Part shown: positions 1 through 8,416 of the stretch, piece after piece | How positions within the stretch are numbered: position 1 is the first letter of the stretch | Layout of the letters: every line of letters starts with the position of its first letter | NCBI GenBank assembly: GCA_965140335.1 | Contig: OZ223189.1 | Span: 1,380,000 to 1,443,999, forward strand | Source of the DNA: an uncultured Bacteroides sp. | Lineage (GTDB): Bacteria; Bacteroidota; Bacteroidia; Bacteroidales; Bacteroidaceae | Direction of reading: 5' to 3' | Length of the DNA stretch: 64,000 nucleotides | Program-made: the position numbers and the translations under genes | Notes under the pieces: model-generated | What the model was told of the DNA's origin: nothing | The model's database searches: none | The model's input: the letters and a program-made list of their open reading frames with translations, nothing else

Positions 1-1647
1 AATCGCCACACCACTAATGTCATTGTGGATGATCGTGCTCTTTACGAAATTTATCTGCCGGCGTTCAAAGCAGCCGTACAGCAAGGCAAGGCATGGGCTA
101 TTATGGGATCTTACAATCTGTATAAAGGACAGCATTGTTGTCATAACCAATATCTACTCAATGATATTCTGAAAGGAGAATGGGGGTTCGATGGAGTGGT
201 TGTTTCCGATTGGGGAGGTGTACACGATACTGAGCAGGCCATTACGAATGGGCTGGATATGGAGTTTGGGAGTTGGACCAACGGGCTTTCCAATGGCAGT
301 AGTAACGCTTATGATAACTATTATTTGGCACAACCTTATTTGCAACTGATTCAATCGGGTAAAGTCGGGACAAAAGAGCTGGACGATAAAGTCCGTCGTA
401 TCTTGCGTCTGGCTTTCCGTACAACGATGGATACTAACCGTCCTTTCGGTTCTATGCTTTCGCCCGCACATTATGAGGCGGCGCGGCGGATAGGGGAAGA
501 GGGCATTGTTCTGTTGAAGAATAAGAATGCCGTATTGCCACTCGATTTAGCTCGCGTGAAGCGGATAGCCGTGATTGGTGAGAATGCAGTGAAAATGATG
601 ACAGTGGGTGGAGGAAGCTCTTCTTTGAAAGTGCAGCATGAAATCTCTCCCTTGGATGGCATTAAAGAACGTGTTGGTGACCGTGCCGAAGTGGTATATG
701 CCCGTGGCTATGTTGGAGACGCAAGCGGTGAATACAACGGGGTGGTGACCGGACAAAACTTGAAGGATGACCGTTCGGTGGAAGAGTTGACGGATGAAGC
801 GGTGAAAGTAGCAAGTACAGCCGACTGTGTAATTTTTATCGGCGGTTTAAATAAAAGTCCTCATCAGGATTGTGAAGACTCCGACCGTAAGGGGCTTGGC
901 TTGCCTTATGGACAAGATGAACTGATTTCGGCATTGGTTAAAGCAAACAAAAACCTGATTGTGGTGAATATATCAGGCAATGCTGTAGCTATGCCCTGGA
1001 TTGAACAAGTGCCTGCCGTGTTGCAAGATTGGTATCTTGGTTCGGAAGCCGGACATGCCCTTGCTGCGGTACTGATGGGAGATGTGAATCCTTCCGGTAG
1101 GTTGCCGTTTACTTTTCCTGCTCGTCTGGAAGATGTTGCAGCTCATCAATTGGGTGAATATATCGGAACCGTTAGTAAAGAAATTGTAGACGAGAAATAT
1201 AACGAAGGTATCTTTGTGGGCTATCGTTGGGCTGACAAGCAGAAGAAAGTGAAGCCGTTGTTTCCTTTCGGATATGGATTATCGTACACCACATTTGCTT
1301 ATGAAAAGCCAGTGCTTGATAAGAAAGAAATGTCCCCCGACGGACAAATTACGTTGACAGTGAAAGTGAAGAATACCGGTGCCCGTGAAGGTCAGGAAGT
1401 GGTTCAGCTTTATATCAGCGATAAGAAGTCAAGCCTTCCGCGTCCCATTAAAGAGTTGAAAGGTTTCAAGAAGATCAAGCTTGCCCCCGGTGAGGAGAAA
1501 GCAGTGAACTTTACCATAGATAAATCGGCATTGAGCTATTTTGATGACCGTCAGCATGCCTGGGTGGCTGAACCCGGTAAATTCGAAGCGATTGTAGCTG
1601 CTTCCGCTACGGATATCAAGGGAGTGGTTCCCTTTGAATTGAGGTAA
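1..1647 (+). CDS. Glycoside hydrolase family 3 beta-glucosidase/xylosidase, C-terminal part (5' end outside window)
   Basis: Frame 1 is open from nt 1, so the ORF-track Met at 25 is internal. GH3 nucleophile motif 'VVSDWGG' and a C-terminal fibronectin-III-like domain ('GFKKIKLAPGE') are present. Confidence 0.9.
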   Translation, partial: NRHTTNVIVDDRALYEIYLPAFKAAVQQGKAWAIMGSYNLYKGQHCCHNQYLLNDILKGEWGFDGVVVSDWGGVHDTEQAITNGLDMEFGSWTNGLSNGSSNAYDNYYLAQPYLQLIQSGKVGTKELDDKVRRILRLAFRTTMDTNRPFGSMLSPAHYEAARRIGEEGIVLLKNKNAVLPLDLARVKRIAVIGENAVKMMTVGGGSSSLKVQHEISPLDGIKERVGDRAEVVYARGYVGDASGEYNGVVTGQNLKDDRSVEELTDEAVKVASTADCVIFIGGLNKSPHQDCEDSDRKGLGLPYGQDELISALVKANKNLIVVNISGNAVAMPWIEQVPAVLQDWYLGSEAGHALAAVLMGDVNPSGRLPFTFPARLEDVAAHQLGEYIGTVSKEIVDEKYNEGIFVGYRWADKQKKVKPLFPFGYGLSYTTFAYEKPVLDKKEMSPDGQITLTVKVKNTGAREGQEVVQLYISDKKSSLPRPIKELKGFKKIKLAPGEEKAVNFTIDKSALSYFDDRQHAWVAEPGKFEAIVAASATDIKGVVPFELR

Positions 1648-1685
1648 CAAAGAGAAGGAATTTAGCACTAAAGCACGAATTTATT

Positions 1686-1743
1686 GGATATATAGATCCC
1701 GCGCGTTGGAGATAGAGAACTGACGCGCGGGATCTATATATCC
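1686..1743. repeat. Perfect 20-bp inverted repeat (18-nt spacer) with a GC-rich core
   Basis: GGATATATAGATCCCGCGCG (1686-1705) pairs with CGCGCGGGATCTATATATCC (1724-1743). No flanking T-tract. A second hairpin GCTGGC-N8-GCCAGC follows at 1750-1769. Confidence 0.9.
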
Positions 1744-2079
1744 AGGACGCTGGCAATAGAGAGCCAGCAAAGTGGTCTGTTATCTACCTATTCTTTATCA
1801 ACTTCATGGTTTCATCACATCTGCTCCGTCGTTTCTCCACTGAAAACTCCTTCTACACGGTAAAACTACGGAGCAACTACGGATTAGGTGGGGCTATGAG
1901 GTAAGAATAAAAGAAGAAATCTCCGGGAATGATAGCGATTTTTTTTCAAAAGATAAGCGAACTGTGAGGTAAGGAAATCGTAAGCACAGTATGGCCTTTC
2001 TTATTCAAAATTCAGCATAAGAAAGACTGTTGGTGCAAAAAAGACTCTCCCGTGAGTACAGTAAAAGTTAAGATCGGAA

Positions 2080-3204
2080 TTATTTGGCTTGGTAATATCC
2101 CTGTGCATTGATTTCGCTCAGCTGGAGGTACCGGTAGTTTTCCTCATCCAGAAGATAATCCCAACACCCCATATAATGTAACAACTCGCCTCCGAAACCG
2201 GTCTTGAACTGGTATAATCCGTACATCGGATGTGAACGGTCCGGTCCAGGAGATACACCGAACATGTCATATTCGGTACATCCATTCTTCTTAGCCAGTT
2301 TTATGGCTTCCCATTGCAAAGCATAAGTCGGCATGTAACTTCTTTTATGCGAGGACGATGCACCGTACAAGTACGTGCCCCGGTATTCCGATATAACCAA
2401 AAACATGGCAGCGAGAGGTTCTCCTTCCGCTTCTGCAATTAATAGTTCCACTTGTGCGGAAGAGGATGTCTCGCCAGCCCGGGCCGTTAATACCGACGAA
2501 AAATATTCAATGTCGTTTATAAACAGTCCGTTACGCATGGCTGTTTCCTTGTAAAGCGCATACCACACATTCAGTTGATCCATTCCGGCCCTTTTCACTG
2601 TTACTCCCTTACGCATGGACAGCCGTATATTGTAACGGGTTTTAGGTTTCATCCGCATTAATATCTTTTCTTCTGAGGGAAGCAGATCGAGGAAGATTGT
2701 TGTTGAAGGCAGGATATCGGAATTGCATTTGCGCAAGTTCCATTCCGAAGTATTATAATTCATTTGAATCTCTTGGAACTTCTTCTCCGGTGGTCCTTTC
2801 CAAACCCCTTTATCATTAAAGAAATCTTCGTCGCACCAGTGCGATTGCCAACTTAAATCATAACGGATGGCGATACACTCTTTGGGCAGGTACGGACGTA
2901 TAGTCTCGGAAATCTCTTCGAGAAAGCATCCCTGATTTTCTTCCGAAGGTTCTATCTCCGGTCCGTAAGGGACATAAGCTATGCTGTATTGGCTATTCAG
3001 CGGTTTGTGCAATATTAGAAAATCAGCGCAGGTGCAGGAATAACCCCCTACGTTTGAGTAAATATCGCGGTTTCTTACTTTGAAATCGAAAGCCTTGGTC
3101 TCCACTCCCAGATGTGATTTTGCTTCTGACCAAAGGGCTGTTTGTTGTACTATCGGACTGTCATAAATCTCTTTTGTGTCCTTCTCACAAATATCAATAT
3201 ACAT
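2080..3204 (-). CDS. FemAB-family (aminoacyl-tRNA-dependent peptidyl/aminoacyl transferase-like) protein
   Basis: 374 aa. Family-typical C-terminal block 'RGTYLYGASSS...PTYALQWEAIKLAKKNGCTEYDMFGV'. Monocistronic, with its own -7 box at 3226-3233. Confidence 0.75.
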   Translation of the reverse strand: MYIDICEKDTKEIYDSPIVQQTALWSEAKSHLGVETKAFDFKVRNRDIYSNVGGYSCTCADFLILHKPLNSQYSIAYVPYGPEIEPSEENQGCFLEEISETIRPYLPKECIAIRYDLSWQSHWCDEDFFNDKGVWKGPPEKKFQEIQMNYNTSEWNLRKCNSDILPSTTIFLDLLPSEEKILMRMKPKTRYNIRLSMRKGVTVKRAGMDQLNVWYALYKETAMRNGLFINDIEYFSSVLTARAGETSSSAQVELLIAEAEGEPLAAMFLVISEYRGTYLYGASSSHKRSYMPTYALQWEAIKLAKKNGCTEYDMFGVSPGPDRSHPMYGLYQFKTGFGGELLHYMGCWDYLLDEENYRYLQLSEINAQGYYQAK

Positions 3205-3225
3205 AATCGTTGCTTAAAAAAGTTG

Positions 3226-3233
3226 CAAAGATA
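3226..3233 (-). promoter_or_regulatory. Bacteroides -7 promoter motif (TATCTTTG) for the FemAB-like gene
   Basis: Exact TAnnTTTG match on the minus strand, 22 nt upstream of the ATG at 3204. Confidence 0.5.
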
Positions 3234-3327
3234 GTCTGTAATGAGAAGAATATGAAATATTTAGGTAAAGTTTTTGCTTTTTATCTGTCTCCTTTATATC
3301 TGAAGTTGAGGGTATATAATAGTTTAA

Positions 3328-3354
3328 GGGGGAGTCGAGACTCCCTCTTTTGTT
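3328..3354 (+). terminator. Intrinsic-terminator-like hairpin with no annotated upstream + strand gene
   Basis: GGGGGAGTC-GA-GACTCCCTC stem (one G-T pair) followed by TTTTGTT. Confidence 0.5.
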
Positions 3355-3546
3355 GCAAATAGATATTTATTAAGTAAACGATGTGTTGCTCTTATTACTC
3401 GAAATAATCTTCTCCTTATCGAAACTGCCGTTTAATTTTGTATTATCCTTTTTGGAGAGCACTCCACTCTTTTTTTCGATGAAAGAGAGCTACTTCTCTT
3501 TTTTTATATTCTTAGTAATCAAAGGGTAAAAGCTGAGATGATCTTT

Positions 3547-4341
3547 TTATTTTTTCAGTATTCTCTTTAAGGAGTCGGCATTTAGTAAATTCACCGTTTC
3601 AAAGTTTCCCTTATAAAACACGGCCCAATTGTTGAAAACACAGGGCAATTCCTTTGCTTTTTGTAGCGTATTTACTTGGATAAAAGATACAGGAAGGTGA
3701 TTCATTTCACAGTATTGTCTTGTCATCTCTATGTTTTGATAGATATAAGGACATTGCATATCATAATAAACGGTTAGCTCTTTTCTTTCTATTCCCGAAT
3801 TTCTAACTTTCTGCGTAAATTGGGGTACTGTCCCGTCAAAAGAGAGTGCAAGTAATTCATAGCCATTATCAGCGGTGTCGACAACCTTAAAACCGTACCT
3901 CTTTGCAAATAACTGGTCTGAGAGCCAGGCCTTTTGTTTCTCGGCTCCGAGCATGCATATACCGGATTTCCCCTTTTCTTTGGCATCAGCTATACAATAC
4001 TCCATCAGTGACTTACCATATCCTTTTCCCTTGTAATTACCGAAAACCCATAAGCAATATACATAGTAATAGTTGTTCCCGATTACCGGAACCCAAGCTG
4101 TTTCAAGAGGAGCATACTCAATAAAAACCGTAGCTTTTGCATTTAGCTTTCTAAAGATATGTCCTTCATTTAGTCGGTCGGCAAGCCATTGTCGTTTTGC
4201 TTCAATACCCGGATGAGACTTTTTAGTGCGGATAATGCAGCATAAATGCTCATTAGCAAGGTTTTCTGGGGTCAAGTTTACAAAATCTGTATCCAGAATT
4301 GTTGAGATATTCTTGATTTGTATTTTGTCTTTTTTGTCCAT
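3547..4341 (-). CDS. GNAT N-acetyltransferase with C-terminal YoaP-like domain
   Basis: Acetyl-CoA loop 'GNYKGKGYGKSLMEY'. The C-terminal ~80 aa ('VYYDMQCPYIY...NNWAVFYKG') resemble the YoaP domain fused to GNATs. Confidence 0.7.
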   Translation of the reverse strand: MDKKDKIQIKNISTILDTDFVNLTPENLANEHLCCIIRTKKSHPGIEAKRQWLADRLNEGHIFRKLNAKATVFIEYAPLETAWVPVIGNNYYYVYCLWVFGNYKGKGYGKSLMEYCIADAKEKGKSGICMLGAEKQKAWLSDQLFAKRYGFKVVDTADNGYELLALSFDGTVPQFTQKVRNSGIERKELTVYYDMQCPYIYQNIEMTRQYCEMNHLPVSFIQVNTLQKAKELPCVFNNWAVFYKGNFETVNLLNADSLKRILKK

Positions 4342-4477
4342 ATTTAATGTTTACTCATTGATTTTAATAGAGGTCTTATTCTATCTTAAGAGGGTTTCTA
4401 TTTCACCTTAGCGGATTGCGTTTCTTTGTCCGGTTTACTTGGAATAGATCTAATCATCCCAATCAAAGAGCCTATGC

Positions 4478-4516
4478 AAAAAGGAATACGGAAGATCTGG
4501 GAAAATTCCGTATTCC
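4478..4516 (-). terminator. Rho-independent terminator of uxuA
   Basis: 11-bp perfect stem (GGAATACGGAA / TTCCGTATTCC, 4483-4516), followed on the minus strand by TTTTT. Lies about 50 nt after the uxuA stop. Confidence 0.8.
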
Positions 4517-4564
4517 AGGTGCGATATAATCCTCTAAATCCAATACTTATTAAGTTACATTTTT

Positions 4565-5734
4565 TTAATATAGTGATTTTGCAATACCCATTTCCAGTCC
4601 GCGAAGTTCAGCCAGTCCTCTTAGCCGGCCAATGCAGGAATAACCGGGATTGGTCTTCTTCTTTAAGTCATCAATCATTTGGTGTCCGTGATCCGGGCGC
4701 ATTGGGATGGAGACTTTGCGGCGTTGTTGCAATTCAAGGAAGGCCTTCATAACATGATACATGTCTACGTCACCTTCCAGATGATTGGCTTCATAGAAGT
4801 TCCCTTCGGCATCGCGCTGTGTGCTACGGAAGTGAACAAAATTAATCCGGTCACCGAATTGTTTCATCATACTTTCCAAATCGTTGGCGCTGCTTACTCC
4901 CAATGAACCTGTACATAGGCAAAGCCCATTGCTCTTGTTGGGTACAGCATCAATTACAGCCTGAAAATCGGCTGCCGAACTCATTATTCGTGGTAAACCG
5001 AGTATGGAGCATGGAGGGTCATCGGGATGAATCACTAACATTACTCCGACTTCATCTGCTATCGGTGTTATTTCTTTTAGAAAATAAATAAGGTTGGCAC
5101 GCAGCTTATCGGGAGTGATGCCTTGATAACGGTCAAGCTCGTGCTGGAATTGTTCTAACGTGAAGCTTTCCTCTGAACCTGGTAGGCCGGCAATCATATT
5201 GCGTATGAGCCGCTGTTTATCTTCTTTCGTCATTTGCTCCAAACGGGTTTTTGCCTTTTTCTTTTCTTCATCTGTATATTCCTTTTTTGCTCCCGGGCGT
5301 TTAAGGAGAAACAGATCGAAAGCAACGAAGGCAGCGCGTTCAAAGCGTAAGGCACGGGAACCGTCAGGAAGTTCATAAGCCAAATCCGTACGTGTCCAGT
5401 CCAATACCGGCATAAAGTTGTAAGTCACAATGTTGATACCACATTTCCCCAAATTTCGTAGGCTCTTTTTATAGCTCTCAATATAGTTCTGGAAGTTACC
5501 TGTCTGAGTTTTAATATGTTCGTGTACGGGCACGCTTTCAACGGCAGACCAACGAAGTCCGGCGTCTTCAATGATCTTCTTACGTTTCATGATTTCTTCC
5601 ACCGTCCATACTTCGCCGTTCGGAATATGATGAAGAGCGTTTACGATGCCTGTTGCTCCAGCCTGCTTAATATCTTGGAGGCTTATTGGATCGTTCGGAC
5701 CGTACCAACGCCATGTTTGTTCACATAAATACAT
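4565..5734 (-). CDS. uxuA: Mannonate dehydratase
   Basis: 389 aa. N-terminal signature '[12 protein letters not shown]' and full-length UxuA-like sequence ('[12 protein letters not shown]'). Confidence 0.95.
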   Translation of the reverse strand: MYLCEQTWRWYGPNDPISLQDIKQAGATGIVNALHHIPNGEVWTVEEIMKRKKIIEDAGLRWSAVESVPVHEHIKTQTGNFQNYIESYKKSLRNLGKCGINIVTYNFMPVLDWTRTDLAYELPDGSRALRFERAAFVAFDLFLLKRPGAKKEYTDEEKKKAKTRLEQMTKEDKQRLIRNMIAGLPGSEESFTLEQFQHELDRYQGITPDKLRANLIYFLKEITPIADEVGVMLVIHPDDPPCSILGLPRIMSSAADFQAVIDAVPNKSNGLCLCTGSLGVSSANDLESMMKQFGDRINFVHFRSTQRDAEGNFYEANHLEGDVDMYHVMKAFLELQQRRKVSIPMRPDHGHQMIDDLKKKTNPGYSCIGRLRGLAELRGLEMGIAKSLY

Positions 5735-5761
5735 AATGTTGTCTTTTTAAATAATATTGAG

Positions 5762-6571
5762 TTAGATGCAAAAAGCATCGAATCCACCGTCTACTATTGA
5801 AAGTGCACCGGTGACAAACTTAGAAGCGTCGCTAATGAGATAGTGGATGGTTCCGCATAACTCTTCCGGTTCGGCAAAACGTCCGCAAGGAGTATGGGCG
5901 ATGATGCTTTTTGCCCGGTCAGTATAAGATCCATCGGGATTTGTCAATAAAGCACGGTTCTGGTCTGTAAGTAAGAATCCCGGTACAATAGCGTTTACAC
6001 GGAGCTCCGGACTGAATTTTGTAGCTAGTTCAATTGCCATATAACGGGTATAGTTCGCAATTGCTGCTTTGGCCGATCCATACCCGACAACACGGGTTAA
6101 AGGGCGTAAAGCTGATTCCGAGCAGAAGTTAACGATGACTCCCTTTTTATTTTTGGCCATGACGTCAACAAAAGCCATGGTTGGTAAGATAGTTCCGAAT
6201 AAATTAAGGTCTACCACTTTCTTGAAAGCATCAACGTCCAAGTCCAGAACGGTTTTATCAGGTGCGATGGTTGCTCCGGGCATGTTACCACCCGCTGCAT
6301 TTAATAACACATCGATGGTACCGAAGCGTTCCAATATTTCTTTTTTATTTTCTTCCAGCAGGTCTTTATCTAGAACATCGGAAATGAGGAAAAGCGCTTC
6401 TGTCTTTTGATTAAGTTCAGCTTCCAGTTCTTTGCCTATTTCCTTCGAACGGCCGAGTATAACTATTTTGGCGCCCTGTTCAGCAAGATAATAGGCAATG
6501 TTTCTACCTAAAATGCCGTAACCGCCGGTAATGACAATAACTTTGCCTTTGATGTCAAATAAGTTTTTCAT
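5762..6571 (-). CDS. SDR-family oxidoreductase, probably the D-mannonate oxidoreductase partner of uxuA
   Basis: 'TGGYGILG' Rossmann motif and 'YGSAKAA' (YxxxK). Lies 27 nt upstream of uxuA on the same strand. Confidence 0.8.
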   Translation of the reverse strand: MKNLFDIKGKVIVITGGYGILGRNIAYYLAEQGAKIVILGRSKEIGKELEAELNQKTEALFLISDVLDKDLLEENKKEILERFGTIDVLLNAAGGNMPGATIAPDKTVLDLDVDAFKKVVDLNLFGTILPTMAFVDVMAKNKKGVIVNFCSESALRPLTRVVGYGSAKAAIANYTRYMAIELATKFSPELRVNAIVPGFLLTDQNRALLTNPDGSYTDRAKSIIAHTPCGRFAEPEELCGTIHYLISDASKFVTGALSIVDGGFDAFCI

Positions 6572-6613
6572 AATATTTTTAGTTTATATGAGAATGAACA
6601 ATCTATTTATTTA

Positions 6614-6621
6614 CAAATATA
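6614..6621 (-). promoter_or_regulatory. -7 motif (TATATTTG) for the SDR-uxuA operon
   Basis: Exact TAnnTTTG match, 43 nt upstream of the ATG at 6571. Confidence 0.45.
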
Positions 6622-6668
6622 GTTATAAAGTTGTTAGAGATCCTTTCTGACATTGCAAAATAGTGTAT

Positions 6669-7343
6669 TTAAATTCTGGTATTCAGATCTTTTCCTTTAT
6701 CTTTTTCGTTACATCGTTGGAGGACCAATAGGCTTTCGGGACCCATATTGAACAATAGATCGACAATACTGAGGTTCGGGAGGAAGCTGTGTTTATCCTG
6801 AAAAATTTGATAATAAGGATAAGGTGTGAAGTCTGGATCTTCTTTCTCGAAATCTTTCTTGGGATGAATACTTTCGCGAAAGTCGGTTTCGGTGGAAGTG
6901 AATGCTGCTTTATACTCTGGTGTGCGGTCCATATCCAGTTGAATATCAATGAGCGAGCAGATTAGCTGGCAGAGCTCTTCATTGAAGTCGATTAGGAACT
7001 CATACTTCTTCTCATAAAAAGGAAAGAAATCGTCTTTATAATATTCGAAGAAGGGGGTATGATTATAGGCGGATGACAGTGCGTTCCAATGTAGATGTCG
7101 CCAATTTCCGTGGTCGGAGATGCGTATGTCGCGCATCAGGCATTTCGGGGTGGTCGGTTTGACGGTTGGAATGGAAAGAGCCAGTTCTCCGCTCGCTCCG
7201 GCTATTGTACAACGGTTACGGTAAGTTTGCTTGGTGTAGTTATCATATTGTTCGATGAAGATCTTTTGATACGAAGCTAACTTACAATAGTATTCTATAG
7301 GTGCCAAATAAGCGGAAGAGAGGTATGTTGTTTTATTAATCAT
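6669..7343 (-). CDS. WbqC-family protein (function unknown)
   Basis: 'LSSAYLAPIEYY...QTYRNRCTIAGASGELALSIP' matches the WbqC-like family pattern. The second in-frame ATG (7343) was preferred, and the start is uncertain (alternative 7364). Confidence 0.65.
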   Translation of the reverse strand: MINKTTYLSSAYLAPIEYYCKLASYQKIFIEQYDNYTKQTYRNRCTIAGASGELALSIPTVKPTTPKCLMRDIRISDHGNWRHLHWNALSSAYNHTPFFEYYKDDFFPFYEKKYEFLIDFNEELCQLICSLIDIQLDMDRTPEYKAAFTSTETDFRESIHPKKDFEKEDPDFTPYPYYQIFQDKHSFLPNLSIVDLLFNMGPESLLVLQRCNEKDKGKDLNTRI

Positions 7344-7435
7344 AGCTTTTAGTTGTTGAATCATGACACAATAACTTATCTATCGGCGCTATTTATTCTT
7401 TAACAGAATTGCTTGAAACAGGGACATGCAAAATG

Positions 7436-8371
7436 CTAGTGCACTCTTGAAAAGATACGATTCCATCGGTATCCGGTGAATATCCCGGTATCTTTTTTCT
7501 TTGAGAATAAGATCAATGAAGCCTTACCGATGATATAATCTTTAGGAACAAATCCAAATAACCGGGAGTCGGATAAGTTCACCGAATTGTTAGCGGCTAC
7601 CCAATAATAATCTTTTGTAAAGTAACAATGCTGTACGGCTTTGCCTTCTACGTATAATGTATCATTTTTTATCTCTGCCTGCTTTTTTTCGTGCAACACT
7701 AAAGTATTGCGCAAAAGTATTCTGTTCCATGGATAGACCCGGACGGCTTTCCCTTTCTGAGGTATAATGAGCGGGTGTAATGCTTCGGCTGAGTCATTTC
7801 GGTTGAGAAACTTTATCCAACAGCTATCCCCTAATGCTTGTTCCAACAGGTAGTATTCGTAGCGACTGAAGCTTCGGACACTTTTAATGGAATCCTGTCC
7901 GAGCAGTTTATTGTTGAGTATGGACAAGCGGGCAAGCAAGATGTCAAGTTGCCGCTCATGGCTTTTGGGATAAGCATACAGGAACTTTTGATCGGGGGAA
8001 TTCTTCTCTGAAGATACTACGGAATAGAGCGAATCAATTAAAAGTGTATCTCCCGGTAATCCAATGCAACGGCTTATAAATACGCCCTTTTGATCGATGA
8101 CGGAGCGAGGCAGGTCTGCCGGATTATTGAACACAATGATATCTTCTCTTTGTACCGGAGTTTCTCTTAGCCGATGGTATCCACAGAACTTCATGAGCGG
8201 TAAACGTAGACCGTAACTCCATTTGTTGACGAGGATACATTCCCCGTCATACAACGAATTTTCCATTCCGGAGGAAGGTATGAAATAGGAAGTCATGGCA
8301 TAACCACGGAATAATAGTACGAGCAATATTATTCCAGCTAGTGATAAGATCCATTTGATTCTTCCTTTCAT
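7436..8371 (-). CDS. S26 signal-peptidase-I paralog with both catalytic dyad positions substituted (probable pseudo-peptidase)
   Basis: N-terminal TM segment. Boxes B-E are recognisable, but box B reads 'IPSSGMENSL' and box D reads 'FISRCIGLPGD'. The neighbouring LepB has 'IPSSSLEKSL' and 'YVKRCIGLPGD'. Confidence 0.8.
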   Translation of the reverse strand: MKGRIKWILSLAGIILLVLLFRGYAMTSYFIPSSGMENSLYDGECILVNKWSYGLRLPLMKFCGYHRLRETPVQREDIIVFNNPADLPRSVIDQKGVFISRCIGLPGDTLLIDSLYSVVSSEKNSPDQKFLYAYPKSHERQLDILLARLSILNNKLLGQDSIKSVRSFSRYEYYLLEQALGDSCWIKFLNRNDSAEALHPLIIPQKGKAVRVYPWNRILLRNTLVLHEKKQAEIKNDTLYVEGKAVQHCYFTKDYYWVAANNSVNLSDSRLFGFVPKDYIIGKASLILFSKKKDTGIFTGYRWNRIFSRVH

Positions 8372-8416
8372 ACGCTTAATTGATTCCCTTATAGCTGTAG
8401 AAGAGCGGAAGTGTAT

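Noticed and set aside
1648-4564. Possibility that the FemAB-like/GNAT segment is a mobile island
   Set aside because: I found no integrase, transposase, tRNA attachment site or flanking direct repeats. Only the long spacers and the GC-rich palindrome hint at foreign origin, so it is reported as an observation and not as a mobile element.
4426-4752. 108-aa plus-strand ORF spanning the yoaP-like/uxuA spacer
   Set aside because: It starts at a non-ATG codon, reads straight through the uxuA terminator hairpin, and is then antisense to uxuA. No motifs were recognised.
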